A DNA stretch of 64,000 bases from an uncultured Candidatus Saccharibacteria bacterium (GTDB lineage: Bacteria; Patescibacteriota; WWE3; UBA101185; UBA10185): the NCBI GenBank assembly GCA_964540135.1, contig CAZILK010000002.1, positions 33,074 through 97,073 of the forward strand. Direction: 5' to 3'. How positions within the stretch are numbered: the first letter of the stretch is position 1; each line of letters starts with the position of its first letter. The position numbers were made by a program, and so were the translations under genes. Below are positions 38,916 through 48,471 of this stretch, piece after piece. Below the pieces are notes generated by a model. It saw only the letters and a list, made by a program, of their open reading frames with translations, made no database searches and was not told the origin of the DNA.

Positions 38916-39090
38916 GTCCCGATGTGGAGTATGAACTGAAATGGATCCCTTTAGGAAACGTGGAGTTCTATTGCAAATTCAAAAGAACCTGCAAAAACTG
39001 AACTCCTAAAATGAGTAACGTCGGGAAACTCATTTGTGTACAGATCAACACTCTCACATCAGGAACCCTTGCGGGTTGACCTAATAGTCC
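38916..39090 (-). ncRNA. rod-shaped non-coding RNA, 6S RNA candidate
   Basis: TCCTGATGTGAGAGT pairs with ACTCCACATCGGGA; inner stem GGAGTTC..TTGCAGGTTC/GAATTTGCAA..GAACTCC; central bubble; own promoter and terminator. Confidence 0.6.
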
Positions 39091-39095
39091 TTTTA

Positions 39096-39124
39096 AATAT
39101 ACAAAAAACAGGATTAATCGTCAA
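39096..39124 (-). promoter_or_regulatory. sigma70-type promoter for the ncRNA
   Basis: TTGACG-17 nt-TATATT. Confidence 0.65.
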
Positions 39125-39750
39125 ACACCAACACCTAAAAGTTTTATTGATATATCAACAAACGGCTGAATAAGAATGCCTGTTGAACGCGTCACAACAA
39201 GAATAAGTAGTATAAACATCCCGTATTGTTCCATCTGAATCCATTGTACTGCAAGACTTCTTGGTAACAGGCCAAATACTACCTTAAAGCCATCCAAAGG
39301 GTGCACGGGGATTAGATTAAAAAATGCTAAAAATAAATTGAAATAGACCATTAAATATGCAAAAGTAGATAGAGCTGTTATAAAAAGTGCACTTCCCTGC
39401 CCTTCTGAAATTCTAAAGATTACGGCAAATACCCCAGCTATTAGAAGATTTGATAACGGACCTGCAAATGAGATTACGGCTCCATCTCTTCTTGGGTTTT
39501 TAAGATTGTATGGATTAAAAGGTACTGGTTTTCCCCACCCAAAGCCAACGACAAGAAGAAGTAGAGTTCCAAAAGGGTCAAGATGTTTTAACGGATTAAG
39601 TGTTAGCCTGCCTAGGTCTTTTGCTGTGTTATCACCTAAAAGGTGGGCTGAAAACGCATGAGCAAACTCATGGATAGACAAAGAAATAACTAAACATGAA
39701 AAAAGAAGCCCAAACATTATTGGGTTTTCACTTAGCGTCTGAAGTAACAT
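39121..39750 (-). CDS. site-2 protease family protein (M50, YwhC-like)
   Basis: HEFAH, GRLTLNP, AGPLSN, FNLIPVHPLDG. Confidence 0.92.
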   Translation of the reverse strand: MLLQTLSENPIMFGLLFSCLVISLSIHEFAHAFSAHLLGDNTAKDLGRLTLNPLKHLDPFGTLLLLVVGFGWGKPVPFNPYNLKNPRRDGAVISFAGPLSNLLIAGVFAVIFRISEGQGSALFITALSTFAYLMVYFNLFLAFFNLIPVHPLDGFKVVFGLLPRSLAVQWIQMEQYGMFILLILVVTRSTGILIQPFVDISIKLLGVGV

Positions 39751-39867
39751 ATCCAGTAGTATAGCTCAAAGACTCTGCCTGGTAAAACATAGGCCTAACA
39801 GCTGTAAACACTTTCGTACTACAACAAACTACTACAACTTTTTTAAATAGGGTGCTAAAATCCGCTA

Positions 39868-40041
39868 GTGATAAAGTTTTTACAATCATCTTATGACGAA
39901 CTTAAACTTGTAAGCTGGCCGACAAGAGCTGAGGCAACTAGGCTTTGCCTTATTATTGCAGGTATGAGTATTTTTATAAGTTTATTTGTAGCGGGAGCAG
40001 ATTTTGTGTATACTAAGCTGCTCGAATTAATTATTAACTAA
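39868..40041 (+). CDS. secE: preprotein translocase subunit SecE (57 aa, absent from the ORF track)
   Basis: GTG start, ELKLVSWPTR plus one TM helix; directly upstream of nusG. Confidence 0.92.
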   Translation: MIKFLQSSYDELKLVSWPTRAEATRLCLIIAGMSIFISLFVAGADFVYTKLLELIIN

Positions 40042-40076
40042 AGTACTAGCTTTTTAGTACTTAACCAAGCAAAAAA

Positions 40077-40682
40077 ATGACAAAAACAACTGATCTAGAA
40101 AGCACAAAAGGCCAAATACTTAAAGACAGTATTATTGAAATATCAGACAAAGTCACAGATAGTGCAAAGTGGTATGTAATACATACTTACTCTGGTCATG
40201 AAAAAAAAGTAGCTTTAACTTTAAAACAAAGAATAGAAGCTTTGGGTCTTCTTGATAAGGTATTTAAAGTAATGATCCCAACACAAGAAAAAATCGTTGT
40301 ATCTGAAGGTAAAAAACGAAAAGTAGAAGAACGAATATATCCAGGATACGTTCTTGTTCAAATGGACCTCAATGACGATGTATGGTACGTAGTCCGCTCA
40401 ACTAGAGGTGTTACTGGCTTTGTAGGTACAGGAACAAACCCTGCTCCTATTGCTGAGGTTGAGGTTCAAACACTTATGAAAGTTATGAGTATGGATTCAC
40501 CAAAATTTGAAACCAAGTTTTCTGAAGGCGATGCAGTTAAAATTATTGAAGGTCCTTTTGCAGACTTTTTAGGTAAGATTGACGAAGTTAACGAAGAACA
40601 AGGCAAGCTTAAGGTTTTAGTATCTGTTTTTGGTCGTGAAACACCAGTTGAGCTTGACTTTACCCAGGTAAAAAGCTTATAA
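40077..40682 (+). CDS. nusG: transcription termination/antitermination factor NusG
   Basis: WYVIHTYSGHE, YPGYVLV, VTGFVG, KOW, FGRETPVEL. Confidence 0.97.
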   Translation: MTKTTDLESTKGQILKDSIIEISDKVTDSAKWYVIHTYSGHEKKVALTLKQRIEALGLLDKVFKVMIPTQEKIVVSEGKKRKVEERIYPGYVLVQMDLNDDVWYVVRSTRGVTGFVGTGTNPAPIAEVEVQTLMKVMSMDSPKFETKFSEGDAVKIIEGPFADFLGKIDEVNEEQGKLKVLVSVFGRETPVELDFTQVKSL

Positions 40683-40691
40683 CAATTCAAC

Positions 40692-41135
40692 ATGGCTGAC
40701 GTAATTAAAAAAACTAAAAAAATAAAAGCTATTATTAAGCTAAACGTACCGGCAGGACAAGCAACACCTGCTCCACCGGTAGGACCGGCGCTTGGTCAAC
40801 ACGGCGTACCTCTAATGGAGTTTTGTAAGGAATACAATGCTCGTACCCAAAAACAATCAGGCAGCATTATTCCTGTTGTTATAACAGTTTACGAAGATAG
40901 ATCATTCAGCTTTATTACAAAAACACCGCTAACATCAGATCTTATTAAAAAGGCGCTTGGCATTAAGTCCGGATCAGCAGTTCCTAACAAAAATAAAGTA
41001 GGAAAACTAAGTAAAGCTCAAATTGAAGAGATTGCTAATGCTAAAATGGTTGATTTAAACGCAAGAGACCTAGCAGAGGCTGTCAAAGTTGTTGCTGGTA
41101 CTGCCAGATCAATGGGTGTTGAGGTGGAAAAATAA
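40692..41135 (+). CDS. rplK: 50S ribosomal protein L11
   Basis: [22 protein letters not shown]. Confidence 0.98.
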   Translation: MADVIKKTKKIKAIIKLNVPAGQATPAPPVGPALGQHGVPLMEFCKEYNARTQKQSGSIIPVVITVYEDRSFSFITKTPLTSDLIKKALGIKSGSAVPNKNKVGKLSKAQIEEIANAKMVDLNARDLAEAVKVVAGTARSMGVEVEK

Positions 41136-41136
41136 C

Positions 41137-41820
41137 ATGAAAGAATCAGAAGTTAAGAAAAAACAACAAGGTAAAAAAGTCGTTAAGACTCCCCTATCTG
41201 TTACTGATGCTATTACTCAAGCTGTTAAGGCATCTAAAACAAAGTTCCCGGCAACAGTTGAAGCTCATTTTAACTTCAATCTTGATGTTACAAAAGCTGA
41301 CCAAACAATCAGAACAACTACAGTTTTACCAAACGGAACAGGTAAAACAGTTAAGATTGCTGTTTTTGCTTCAAAATCAGTTCCTGAGGCAGATCTTGAA
41401 CTCAGTGAAGATGATTTGCCAAAGATTTTATCCGGAGCTATCAAACCACATGTAGATTTTGATTTCTTAGTTTCTGAACCAAGATATATGCCTAAACTTG
41501 CAACCGTTGCAAGAACTCTAGGGCCTGCAGGAGTGATGCCAAATCCTAAAAACGGAACAGTTAGTGATAACCCTGCTGAGGCTGTTAAAAAGCTACGACA
41601 AGGTCAGGTAGAGCTTAAAAACGAACAAAACCAAGCTGTAATCCATACTGTTATTGGGAAAACAAGTTTCACACAAGAACAACTTGAAGAAAACTTTGCA
41701 GAAGTTCTCTCAACACTTAAGCAAAATAAGCCCGTCAAAGCAAAACCAGGCTGGATTAAATCCTGTTTTATAACAACAACCATGGGACCAAGCTTCTCAG
41801 TTAACCTCCTTGAACTCTAA
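41137..41820 (+). CDS. rplA: 50S ribosomal protein L1
   Basis: LPNGTGK, LGPAGVMPNPKNGTV, TTMGP; start at ATG 41137. Confidence 0.96.
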   Translation: MKESEVKKKQQGKKVVKTPLSVTDAITQAVKASKTKFPATVEAHFNFNLDVTKADQTIRTTTVLPNGTGKTVKIAVFASKSVPEADLELSEDDLPKILSGAIKPHVDFDFLVSEPRYMPKLATVARTLGPAGVMPNPKNGTVSDNPAEAVKKLRQGQVELKNEQNQAVIHTVIGKTSFTQEQLEENFAEVLSTLKQNKPVKAKPGWIKSCFITTTMGPSFSVNLLEL

Positions 41821-41898
41821 TCCCACTCTTTTTAGACAATATACGCTAAAGTAAAGCAAAAACTTGACAGTTTTAAAACTCGGAACTAATATTTTGGC

Positions 41899-42148
41899 AT
41901 GGAAAAACCAATCACAAGCCTAACCGATCTCATTGTACTTTTAACTAATATCACCACAGTAGCTTGCAACGTTTTTAATTCCACTTGGCGCCCTGCCCGC
42001 CCTCATCTCTCTAATAGTATATTTTCTAAGCAGTAACCCAAACACAAAGAAAACTACAAAGAGGATTGTATTTGCGTATCTCCTTGTATTCCCAGTTATG
42101 ATCGCATTTATAACCCTAAGAGTTATAGTGTTGAATATAGTCAAATAG
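41899..42148 (+). pseudogene. small two-TM (pilin-like) membrane protein with a +1 frameshift
   Basis: TTGACA-17-TAATAT promoter 6 nt before ATG 41899; removing one base near 41962 gives an 82-aa two-helix protein ending at TAG 42148. Confidence 0.5.
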
Positions 42149-42166
42149 ACCTTAATTAAGTGGTAA

Positions 42167-42290
42167 TTGACAACCGCCTCCCCTTCCTTTAAACTGACCT
42201 ACAGCCAAAGACAGCAAGGGCGAAAGCTTAATTATCTTGCCGAGGTAAAATACAGTTCGTGTTTTAACTCACCTTTGGTGGGTTTTTTTA
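42167..42290 (+). promoter_or_regulatory. rplJ promoter and L10 leader
   Basis: TTGACA-17-TAAACT; AAGACAGCAAG...GCTTAA...CTTGCCGAGG core; hairpin ACTCACC/GGTGGGT plus T run. Confidence 0.75.
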
Positions 42291-42310
42291 ATTGGATTTA
42301 AGGAGATCGT

Positions 42311-42838
42311 ATGCCAAATATTAAAAATACAGATATAGTCCAAGGACTTGAGAAAAAGCTTACAGGCAGTACTGGCGTTCTTGTTGCAGCCTATTCTGGC
42401 GTTAATGCAAATAGCTTTAACAAACTAAGAGACGCTATTGCGGGGGCTTCAGGCTATACAGAAGTTGCTAAAAACACACTTATGAAAATAGCATTGAAAG
42501 AAACAGGACTTCATAATGCCGACTTAGATATGTTCTTAAAAGAACAAACAGTTACAGTAATCTGTACTGGTGATCCTTTTGCTATGCTCAAAAGGCTCTA
42601 TGATTTCTCAAAAGAAAATGAAAAGTTTGTTGTCAAAGCGGGGCTTATGGACAACATGGTTTATACAGGAGCCCAGTTGGAAGCAATAAGCAAGCTTCCA
42701 AGCAAAGAAGTGCTTATTGCCAAGATGATCGGTGGACTAATCTCCCCTATCTACGGAATAGTAAATGTTTTAAGTGGACCGCATAGAAACTTTGTATATG
42801 CGCTATCCGCTATCGCTACAAAAAAGGAGGTAGCATAA
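42311..42838 (+). CDS. rplJ: 50S ribosomal protein L10
   Basis: KLR, VAKNTL, LPSKEVL; upstream of rplL. Confidence 0.95.
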   Translation: MPNIKNTDIVQGLEKKLTGSTGVLVAAYSGVNANSFNKLRDAIAGASGYTEVAKNTLMKIALKETGLHNADLDMFLKEQTVTVICTGDPFAMLKRLYDFSKENEKFVVKAGLMDNMVYTGAQLEAISKLPSKEVLIAKMIGGLISPIYGIVNVLSGPHRNFVYALSAIATKKEVA

Positions 42839-42839
42839 C

Positions 42840-43241
42840 ATGACAGACGTAAAACTATCCGCAACAGCTGAGAAAGTAATGGAAATGGTCGAAAAAATGA
42901 CCGTTTTAGAGCTAAATGACTTAGTCAAAGCTTTAGAAGAAAAGTTTGGAGTATCAGCAAGTGCTCCTATGATGATGGGGGCTCAAGGAGCCGCACCAGC
43001 AGCTGACGCTGCACCGGTTGAAGAAAAAACCGAGTATGATGTAGTACTTGCAGACGCAGGCGCAAATAAGCTTGCAGTTATCAAGGTAGTTCGAGAACTC
43101 AACCAGACACTCGGTCTTGTTGAAGCCAAGAACCTTGTTGAAGCAGCACCAAAAACAATCTTAGAAGGTGCTAAAAAAGACGCAGCAGATCAGGCTAAGA
43201 AAAAGCTTGAAGAAGCTGGTGCTAAAGTAGAGTTAAAATAA
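42840..43241 (+). CDS. rplL: 50S ribosomal protein L7/L12
   Basis: [34 protein letters not shown]. Confidence 0.98.
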   Translation: MTDVKLSATAEKVMEMVEKMTVLELNDLVKALEEKFGVSASAPMMMGAQGAAPAADAAPVEEKTEYDVVLADAGANKLAVIKVVRELNQTLGLVEAKNLVEAAPKTILEGAKKDAADQAKKKLEEAGAKVELK

Positions 43242-43265
43242 CTCGCTTTTAAGTTGTAATCAAAG

Positions 43266-43297
43266 CAAAAAGCTCCCTTTGGGAGCTTTTTGTGTTT
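43266..43297 (+). terminator. intrinsic terminator after rplL
   Basis: CAAAAAGCTCCC-TTT-GGGAGCTTTTTG. Confidence 0.85.
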
Positions 43298-43358
43298 CTA
43301 GATATAAAGTTATATATCGCACTTAGATTATTAATATTTGATATACTTCAAAGCAGAT

Positions 43359-44315
43359 ATGTTTAGTACCATTTACCAGATTGCAAGGACAGCACGACCC
43401 CGTCAGTGGCTTAAAAACGCCAGTTTATTTGCAGCTCCACTATTTGCAGGAGCACTCAGTAACCCCGAAACACTGAGTCTTAGTTTTAGAGCACTATTTG
43501 TGTTCTGCTTAATAGCCTCAGCAGGATATTTTATTAATGACATTGTCGATGCACCAAAAGACAGAATGCATCCTGTTAAGAAAAATAGACCAATAGCCTC
43601 GGGCAAGCTTAAGATGTCTACAGCTCTTCTTATAGTAATCTTGTTAGTTATCTTTGGCTTATTTTATTCCGTTTCATACATTGGCACATATTTCACGGTT
43701 GTTGTTCTAGCATATATTGTCATACAGCTTGTGTATTCTTTTTACCTCCGAGATGTCATTATTTTAGATGCTATGGTTGTAGCATCACTTTTCATAGTTA
43801 GAGTTTTTGCAGGAGGACTTGCTGCAGAAGTCTCTGTCTCATCATGGCTTATATTGACAACTATTGGTTTGGCTTTACTACTGGCTTTTGGTAAAAGAAG
43901 GTCAGAAAAAACCATTCTTAAAAAATATGATGCTGGAAATGATGCGGGTAAAGAGACACGTAAAACCTTAAGACACTACCCCGATAGCCTACTCGATAGT
44001 ATGATTTCTATGTCAGCTGCTTTTTGCATCATAACCTATGCTCTTTTCACATTCCAGATCTCGCCTACCGGTTTTTACAGCCCATCTCTTTCATCTATCT
44101 TGCCGTCAATACTTAGAACACCAAAGCTCATGATGCTAACAATTCCTCTTGTAATTTATGGGGTAGCAAGATATCTATATGTAATTTATGAAAAAAATGA
44201 AGGAGAATCTCCCGAACGAGTACTTCTATCAGATAAAGCGTTATTAACCTCTGTGATTCTTTGGGTTCTAGTGACAGTTGTTGTCATATATATACTGCCT
44301 GTGATAGCGGGGTAA
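43359..44315 (+). CDS. UbiA prenyltransferase family (decaprenyl-phosphate phosphoribosyltransferase-like)
   Basis: RPRQWLKN, YFINDIVDAPKDRMHPVKKNRPIASG, FGKRRSE. Confidence 0.9.
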   Translation: MFSTIYQIARTARPRQWLKNASLFAAPLFAGALSNPETLSLSFRALFVFCLIASAGYFINDIVDAPKDRMHPVKKNRPIASGKLKMSTALLIVILLVIFGLFYSVSYIGTYFTVVVLAYIVIQLVYSFYLRDVIILDAMVVASLFIVRVFAGGLAAEVSVSSWLILTTIGLALLLAFGKRRSEKTILKKYDAGNDAGKETRKTLRHYPDSLLDSMISMSAAFCIITYALFTFQISPTGFYSPSLSSILPSILRTPKLMMLTIPLVIYGVARYLYVIYEKNEGESPERVLLSDKALLTSVILWVLVTVVVIYILPVIAG

Positions 44316-44318
44316 ATT

Positions 44319-46955
44319 CTACTGTAAAATTGTGCTATAAAAGTCAGCTTGATACGCAAATCTATTCGATACCTCCGTCCCTTCGTTTAGAAAACCTGTA
44401 CTGTAATCAGGCCCTGCGGGACTAAGCTCTTGCAGTGAGATCCTATCAATGTAGAAGATGTCTCCAACAAAGCCGTTTAATGAAAACATTAATCTGACCG
44501 CAGAAACACCTTCTGCACTGGAATCAAAGCTGATTACTCCGGTATGTTCTTTCCAGTCAGGCTTAATATCCACGTTATATTTAACTTGAGTTAGCATCTG
44601 GTAAGGAAATGCTGAATTTGATAAGGATACATCTAAGTCAGAGCCAAGGTCGGATTTTGCCCAAAAACTCAGCTTATATTTAACGCCTGGTTTTAGCGCA
44701 AGCCGGTTCTGATAAAGCTCAATTGTGCCTTTTTGAGGCAGTTTGCTAATCTTCAGACTTAGTATCTTACCGCTGACAGCATCCGCACTACCTGCAGATT
44801 CTCCAACTGAGACCGCCCCATCAACCCCAGTCTTGATATACCAGTCTTTGGGCATACCCTTTTCAGTTTTCCCAAGCTCAAAATTGCCGTTTTTTAGCAA
44901 GTTTGTAGCTTCTAAATTATATGCCTCTGGATCATAATTTCCAAAAGATGCGTAATCTAGGTCTGTAGGAGTTTCCTCAGGCATCTCGTAAAGGTTATCT
45001 GGGTACGGGTCTTCGTAGGCTAAGTCATAGGACTCATAGTCTTGATATAAAAGATCCTCTTCTGAATAATCTGAAGGAACATACACCTGGTCTTCATATT
45101 CCTCATACTCTTCATATGTAGAATCCTCATACTCTTGGTATTCGTATTGCTCTTCTTCCGGGTCCGTTGGCGGAGTCGTATACTCTGGCACATCAGACGT
45201 TTCGTATTCAACAATCTCATCCTCTTGAGGTATATCGTACGCTGGATCCTCAACTTCAGGGTCACCGATAGGCGGTGTCGGATCCTCAACATCAGCAGGA
45301 AGGTTTTCATCTGATACAGGTAATGTAACCACCGGAACATATGCAAGTGCACCAGGGTCATTTGTAGGACCTCTTACAACTCCTTTATAATCAGTATCAA
45401 GACCAGTAAGCGGCAAAGCCAACGCCCCCTTGCCTATAACGCTCGATCCAGCTGCATATTCAAAGCCAGAGGTTGATAATGAATTAACATCAATAACTCC
45501 AAACGGAGCGGCCAACTTCGGATCTTCAACAACAAATCCATTATTCACAAGACTTTTAGAAACGGCCGGAAAGACATAGTTTGACTTAATAGTTGAAGCA
45601 GGGTTTGGCAGCAACCCAACTACTGATCTTACCGTTGAATCTTTTTGGAGAACAATATTATTTGCAAAAGTTAGTGCTTCTATATCAGAACCAATCAGAA
45701 GAACTGATCTTGCAGACATGTTCTTTCGAAGCCTTGACCTGGCATTTACAAATGTATTGTTCACGACATTAAAATCTTTAAGCTTTGCGCGCTGAGCATA
45801 CATTGCGATGTTTGTACTACATCCATAGACTATGTTATTTGTAAATGTTGTGCCTATATAATTAGGGCTTGCAGCAACCGCATCACTGACACCTGAAATA
45901 TAAACACCGGTGGGATAATCTCTTTGGGTCAGATTCTTAACTGATGACAACCGGGCACTAACGTTCTCAAGACATGCTACAAAGTTTTTATTTATAACCG
46001 TGGCGCTTGGATTCTTAACGTTGAGATTATCTTTTAAGTTATCGTGAAATAAGTTATCCTCAAGCGTTAAAGCGGTTGCTCCATCACTATATAAGCCAAA
46101 TCCTAAATTTTTTGAAATAATCGAGTTTTTAACTGATACAGTATTAAGCGCATTACCGTTTAACTGAAGCCCGGCGCCAACTGCAAGCGAATTAATCTTG
46201 ATAGCAGCGTTATTGTCTTGAAACCTTGAGTTTAAGATCTGGGTATTAGATGTTGTTTTCCCAACACAAGTTGCCGAATCAAGACAAGTACTCCCCACAA
46301 CTGCACCAAAAAAGTTGTTATTTGATGCTACAACCGACGACAAAGTAATATTCTCAGAGTTTAATAGTCCAATACCACTGCCCGCAGACTCGGTAACAGT
46401 AACACCAACTATGTCTGTGAATTTAGCGCCTGAAATAGTAACTAAAAAAGTAGAGCTACAATTTGCAAGTGTAGCTTTTGTTCTGTTGTTAGTACCTCTT
46501 AGACTAGAAACTTTAGTACAAGTACCGACGGGAGCTGTGAAGTTTTTCCCGCTAATATTAACAACTCCCACGCCATCATAACCACCAATCCTAATTTTGG
46601 ACTCAGCAGTACCAACTGTTGAAACAGTTAGTACTTCGTTGTAAGTACCACTTCCGATACACAAGGCTTCCCCAGGTACTAGAGTGGATATTCCTTTTGC
46701 TATGGTTTTAAATGAAGCAGTGGGAGCTAAACCAGTGTTGGTATCATTTCCAGTGAGTGATACATATTTTGAACAATCAGCCAAAGGAATCAATGTCTCA
46801 TCTGAACTTGTTGTTACCGCCAAACCAAGAGTTTGTTCTGTACTAGAAGAACTACCCTGCTCCGGTATATCAAAAATTTCTTGCGCAAATACTAATTTTG
46901 GAAATAAAAAAGTAAAAACACTTATTAAAATTAGGCAGGAAATGAGTTTTCTCAC
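44319..46955 (-). CDS. large secreted protein: right-handed beta-helix, acidic Tyr-rich linker, CBM4/9-like C-terminal domain
   Basis: Signal peptide, YVSLTGND...GTYNE, Asn-rich PbH1-like repeats, DPGA, NLLKNGNFE...FYIDRISL; GTG start 7 nt after TATACT. Confidence 0.8.
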   Translation of the reverse strand: MRKLISCLILISVFTFLFPKLVFAQEIFDIPEQGSSSSTEQTLGLAVTTSSDETLIPLADCSKYVSLTGNDTNTGLAPTASFKTIAKGISTLVPGEALCIGSGTYNEVLTVSTVGTAESKIRIGGYDGVGVVNISGKNFTAPVGTCTKVSSLRGTNNRTKATLANCSSTFLVTISGAKFTDIVGVTVTESAGSGIGLLNSENITLSSVVASNNNFFGAVVGSTCLDSATCVGKTTSNTQILNSRFQDNNAAIKINSLAVGAGLQLNGNALNTVSVKNSIISKNLGFGLYSDGATALTLEDNLFHDNLKDNLNVKNPSATVINKNFVACLENVSARLSSVKNLTQRDYPTGVYISGVSDAVAASPNYIGTTFTNNIVYGCSTNIAMYAQRAKLKDFNVVNNTFVNARSRLRKNMSARSVLLIGSDIEALTFANNIVLQKDSTVRSVVGLLPNPASTIKSNYVFPAVSKSLVNNGFVVEDPKLAAPFGVIDVNSLSTSGFEYAAGSSVIGKGALALPLTGLDTDYKGVVRGPTNDPGALAYVPVVTLPVSDENLPADVEDPTPPIGDPEVEDPAYDIPQEDEIVEYETSDVPEYTTPPTDPEEEQYEYQEYEDSTYEEYEEYEDQVYVPSDYSEEDLLYQDYESYDLAYEDPYPDNLYEMPEETPTDLDYASFGNYDPEAYNLEATNLLKNGNFELGKTEKGMPKDWYIKTGVDGAVSVGESAGSADAVSGKILSLKISKLPQKGTIELYQNRLALKPGVKYKLSFWAKSDLGSDLDVSLSNSAFPYQMLTQVKYNVDIKPDWKEHTGVISFDSSAEGVSAVRLMFSLNGFVGDIFYIDRISLQELSPAGPDYSTGFLNEGTEVSNRFAYQADFYSTILQ

Positions 46956-47055
46956 TGTAAAAAGTATAGATAACCTTGTAAGTTTTAGCAACAATTACGG
47001 GTAATAAATATGCGCAAGGAGCGAGCGTCTTAGCTATATTGCCTTTGCAACAACA

Positions 47056-48459
47056 CTAAGATTTTGAGGCTAGTACTTTTTTGTACAAACTTTTGTACTC
47101 AGCAGCACTCTTGTCCCAACTAAAATCAGTCTTCAGAGCATTCTGCACCATCTTGTCATACTTTCGCTTATCGTTAAAGAGCAGTGCAGCTTTCTTTATG
47201 GTGTTTGTGAGTTCAGATGAAGAATAGGTCTTAAACTTAAAACCATTCACAGAATCTGTAACTGAATCCTTCAGCCCTCCGGTATCTCTGACAACAGGGA
47301 GGCAGCCGTAATACATAGCAAGCATCTGAGTTAAACCGCACGGTTCAAATCGTGAGGGTATTAGCAAGAAATCACTAGCTTGATATAGTTCTTCAGCTAG
47401 TGTTACATCAAAACTTATATTTACACTTACTCTCTTGCCATACAATCTATTAGATTGTTCGGAAAACTCAAGCAGTTTCTTCTCCCAATGAGGATCACCG
47501 GTACCAAGAAGTATGAAAGCACCAAACTTTGCCACAATATCATGCAAAGATTCATACAATATATCAATTCCCTTTTGATTTGGATCTAGTCTGGAAACAA
47601 ATGCAAACAATGGAAGTTTTGAATCAATTGCTAGTCCTAGTTTGTCGTACAATTTTGTCTTGGCGGCAGCCTTACCTTTTTTCCAATCAGCTAGTTCAAA
47701 GCCTCTTGTCAAAATCGAATAATCAATCCCATTGAGAATACCTGTTAATCGGCTACGTCTGTCATATAATATACTGCTTAAATCCCCACCAATATCTTTG
47801 TAGAGAATTTCACTTGCATAAGAAGGTGAAACAGTATTTATGTAATCTGCAGACATTAGAGCCTCTTGCATGAAGTTGAGAAAGCCGTCTTGAATATCAT
47901 AATAAACAGAAGGATGGTTAGAAACATTGATATCTATATCTTTTAAGATCGAGCTTGAAGTATTCCCTTGATATGAAATATTATGAATTGTGAATAAGAC
48001 TGGCGGTTTTGAAGTACTTAGATCGTCAGTCAGCATATGCGGAATCATCCCAGTGTGCCAATCATGACAATGCACAATGTCGTAGATATTAAAGCCGTGA
48101 TTGATAAAGTGCACAACAGCTTTACAAAAAAACGCGTAAGGAACAACTTCATCGACAATATAGCCGCGTCTGACATCAAATAGCTTGTCGTTTCTGACTA
48201 AGAAAACATCAACTGTTGATTGAGGTAATTTAGTTTTGTAGATTGAGGTCACAACAGTTTCACCGTTAAATGGCACCTCTAGATCACAGTGTTTATATAT
48301 CTTGTATTTTGAGACTTCAATCGCGCTATAAAATGGAACAATGACATCAACATCAAGTTTTAGTTTTGATAATGCTTTTGGAAGCGAACCGATAACATCT
48401 CCAAGTCCACCCATTTTTACAATGGGAGCAACTTCTGAGGCAGCAAATAAAACTTTCAT
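47056..48459 (-). CDS. glgA: glycogen synthase (GT5)
   Basis: KMGGLGDV, HCHDWH, SRFEPCGLTQ, TGGL. Confidence 0.93.
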   Translation of the reverse strand: MKVLFAASEVAPIVKMGGLGDVIGSLPKALSKLKLDVDVIVPFYSAIEVSKYKIYKHCDLEVPFNGETVVTSIYKTKLPQSTVDVFLVRNDKLFDVRRGYIVDEVVPYAFFCKAVVHFINHGFNIYDIVHCHDWHTGMIPHMLTDDLSTSKPPVLFTIHNISYQGNTSSSILKDIDINVSNHPSVYYDIQDGFLNFMQEALMSADYINTVSPSYASEILYKDIGGDLSSILYDRRSRLTGILNGIDYSILTRGFELADWKKGKAAAKTKLYDKLGLAIDSKLPLFAFVSRLDPNQKGIDILYESLHDIVAKFGAFILLGTGDPHWEKKLLEFSEQSNRLYGKRVSVNISFDVTLAEELYQASDFLLIPSRFEPCGLTQMLAMYYGCLPVVRDTGGLKDSVTDSVNGFKFKTYSSSELTNTIKKAALLFNDKRKYDKMVQNALKTDFSWDKSAAEYKSLYKKVLASKS

Positions 48460-48471
48460 GTTAAAAGTATA

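Noticed and set aside
38916-39090. SRP RNA, tmRNA, or THF/ZTP riboswitch
   Set aside because: No SRP helix-8 motif, no tRNA-like ends or tag ORF, and no riboswitch consensus recognised; not formally excluded without a covariance search
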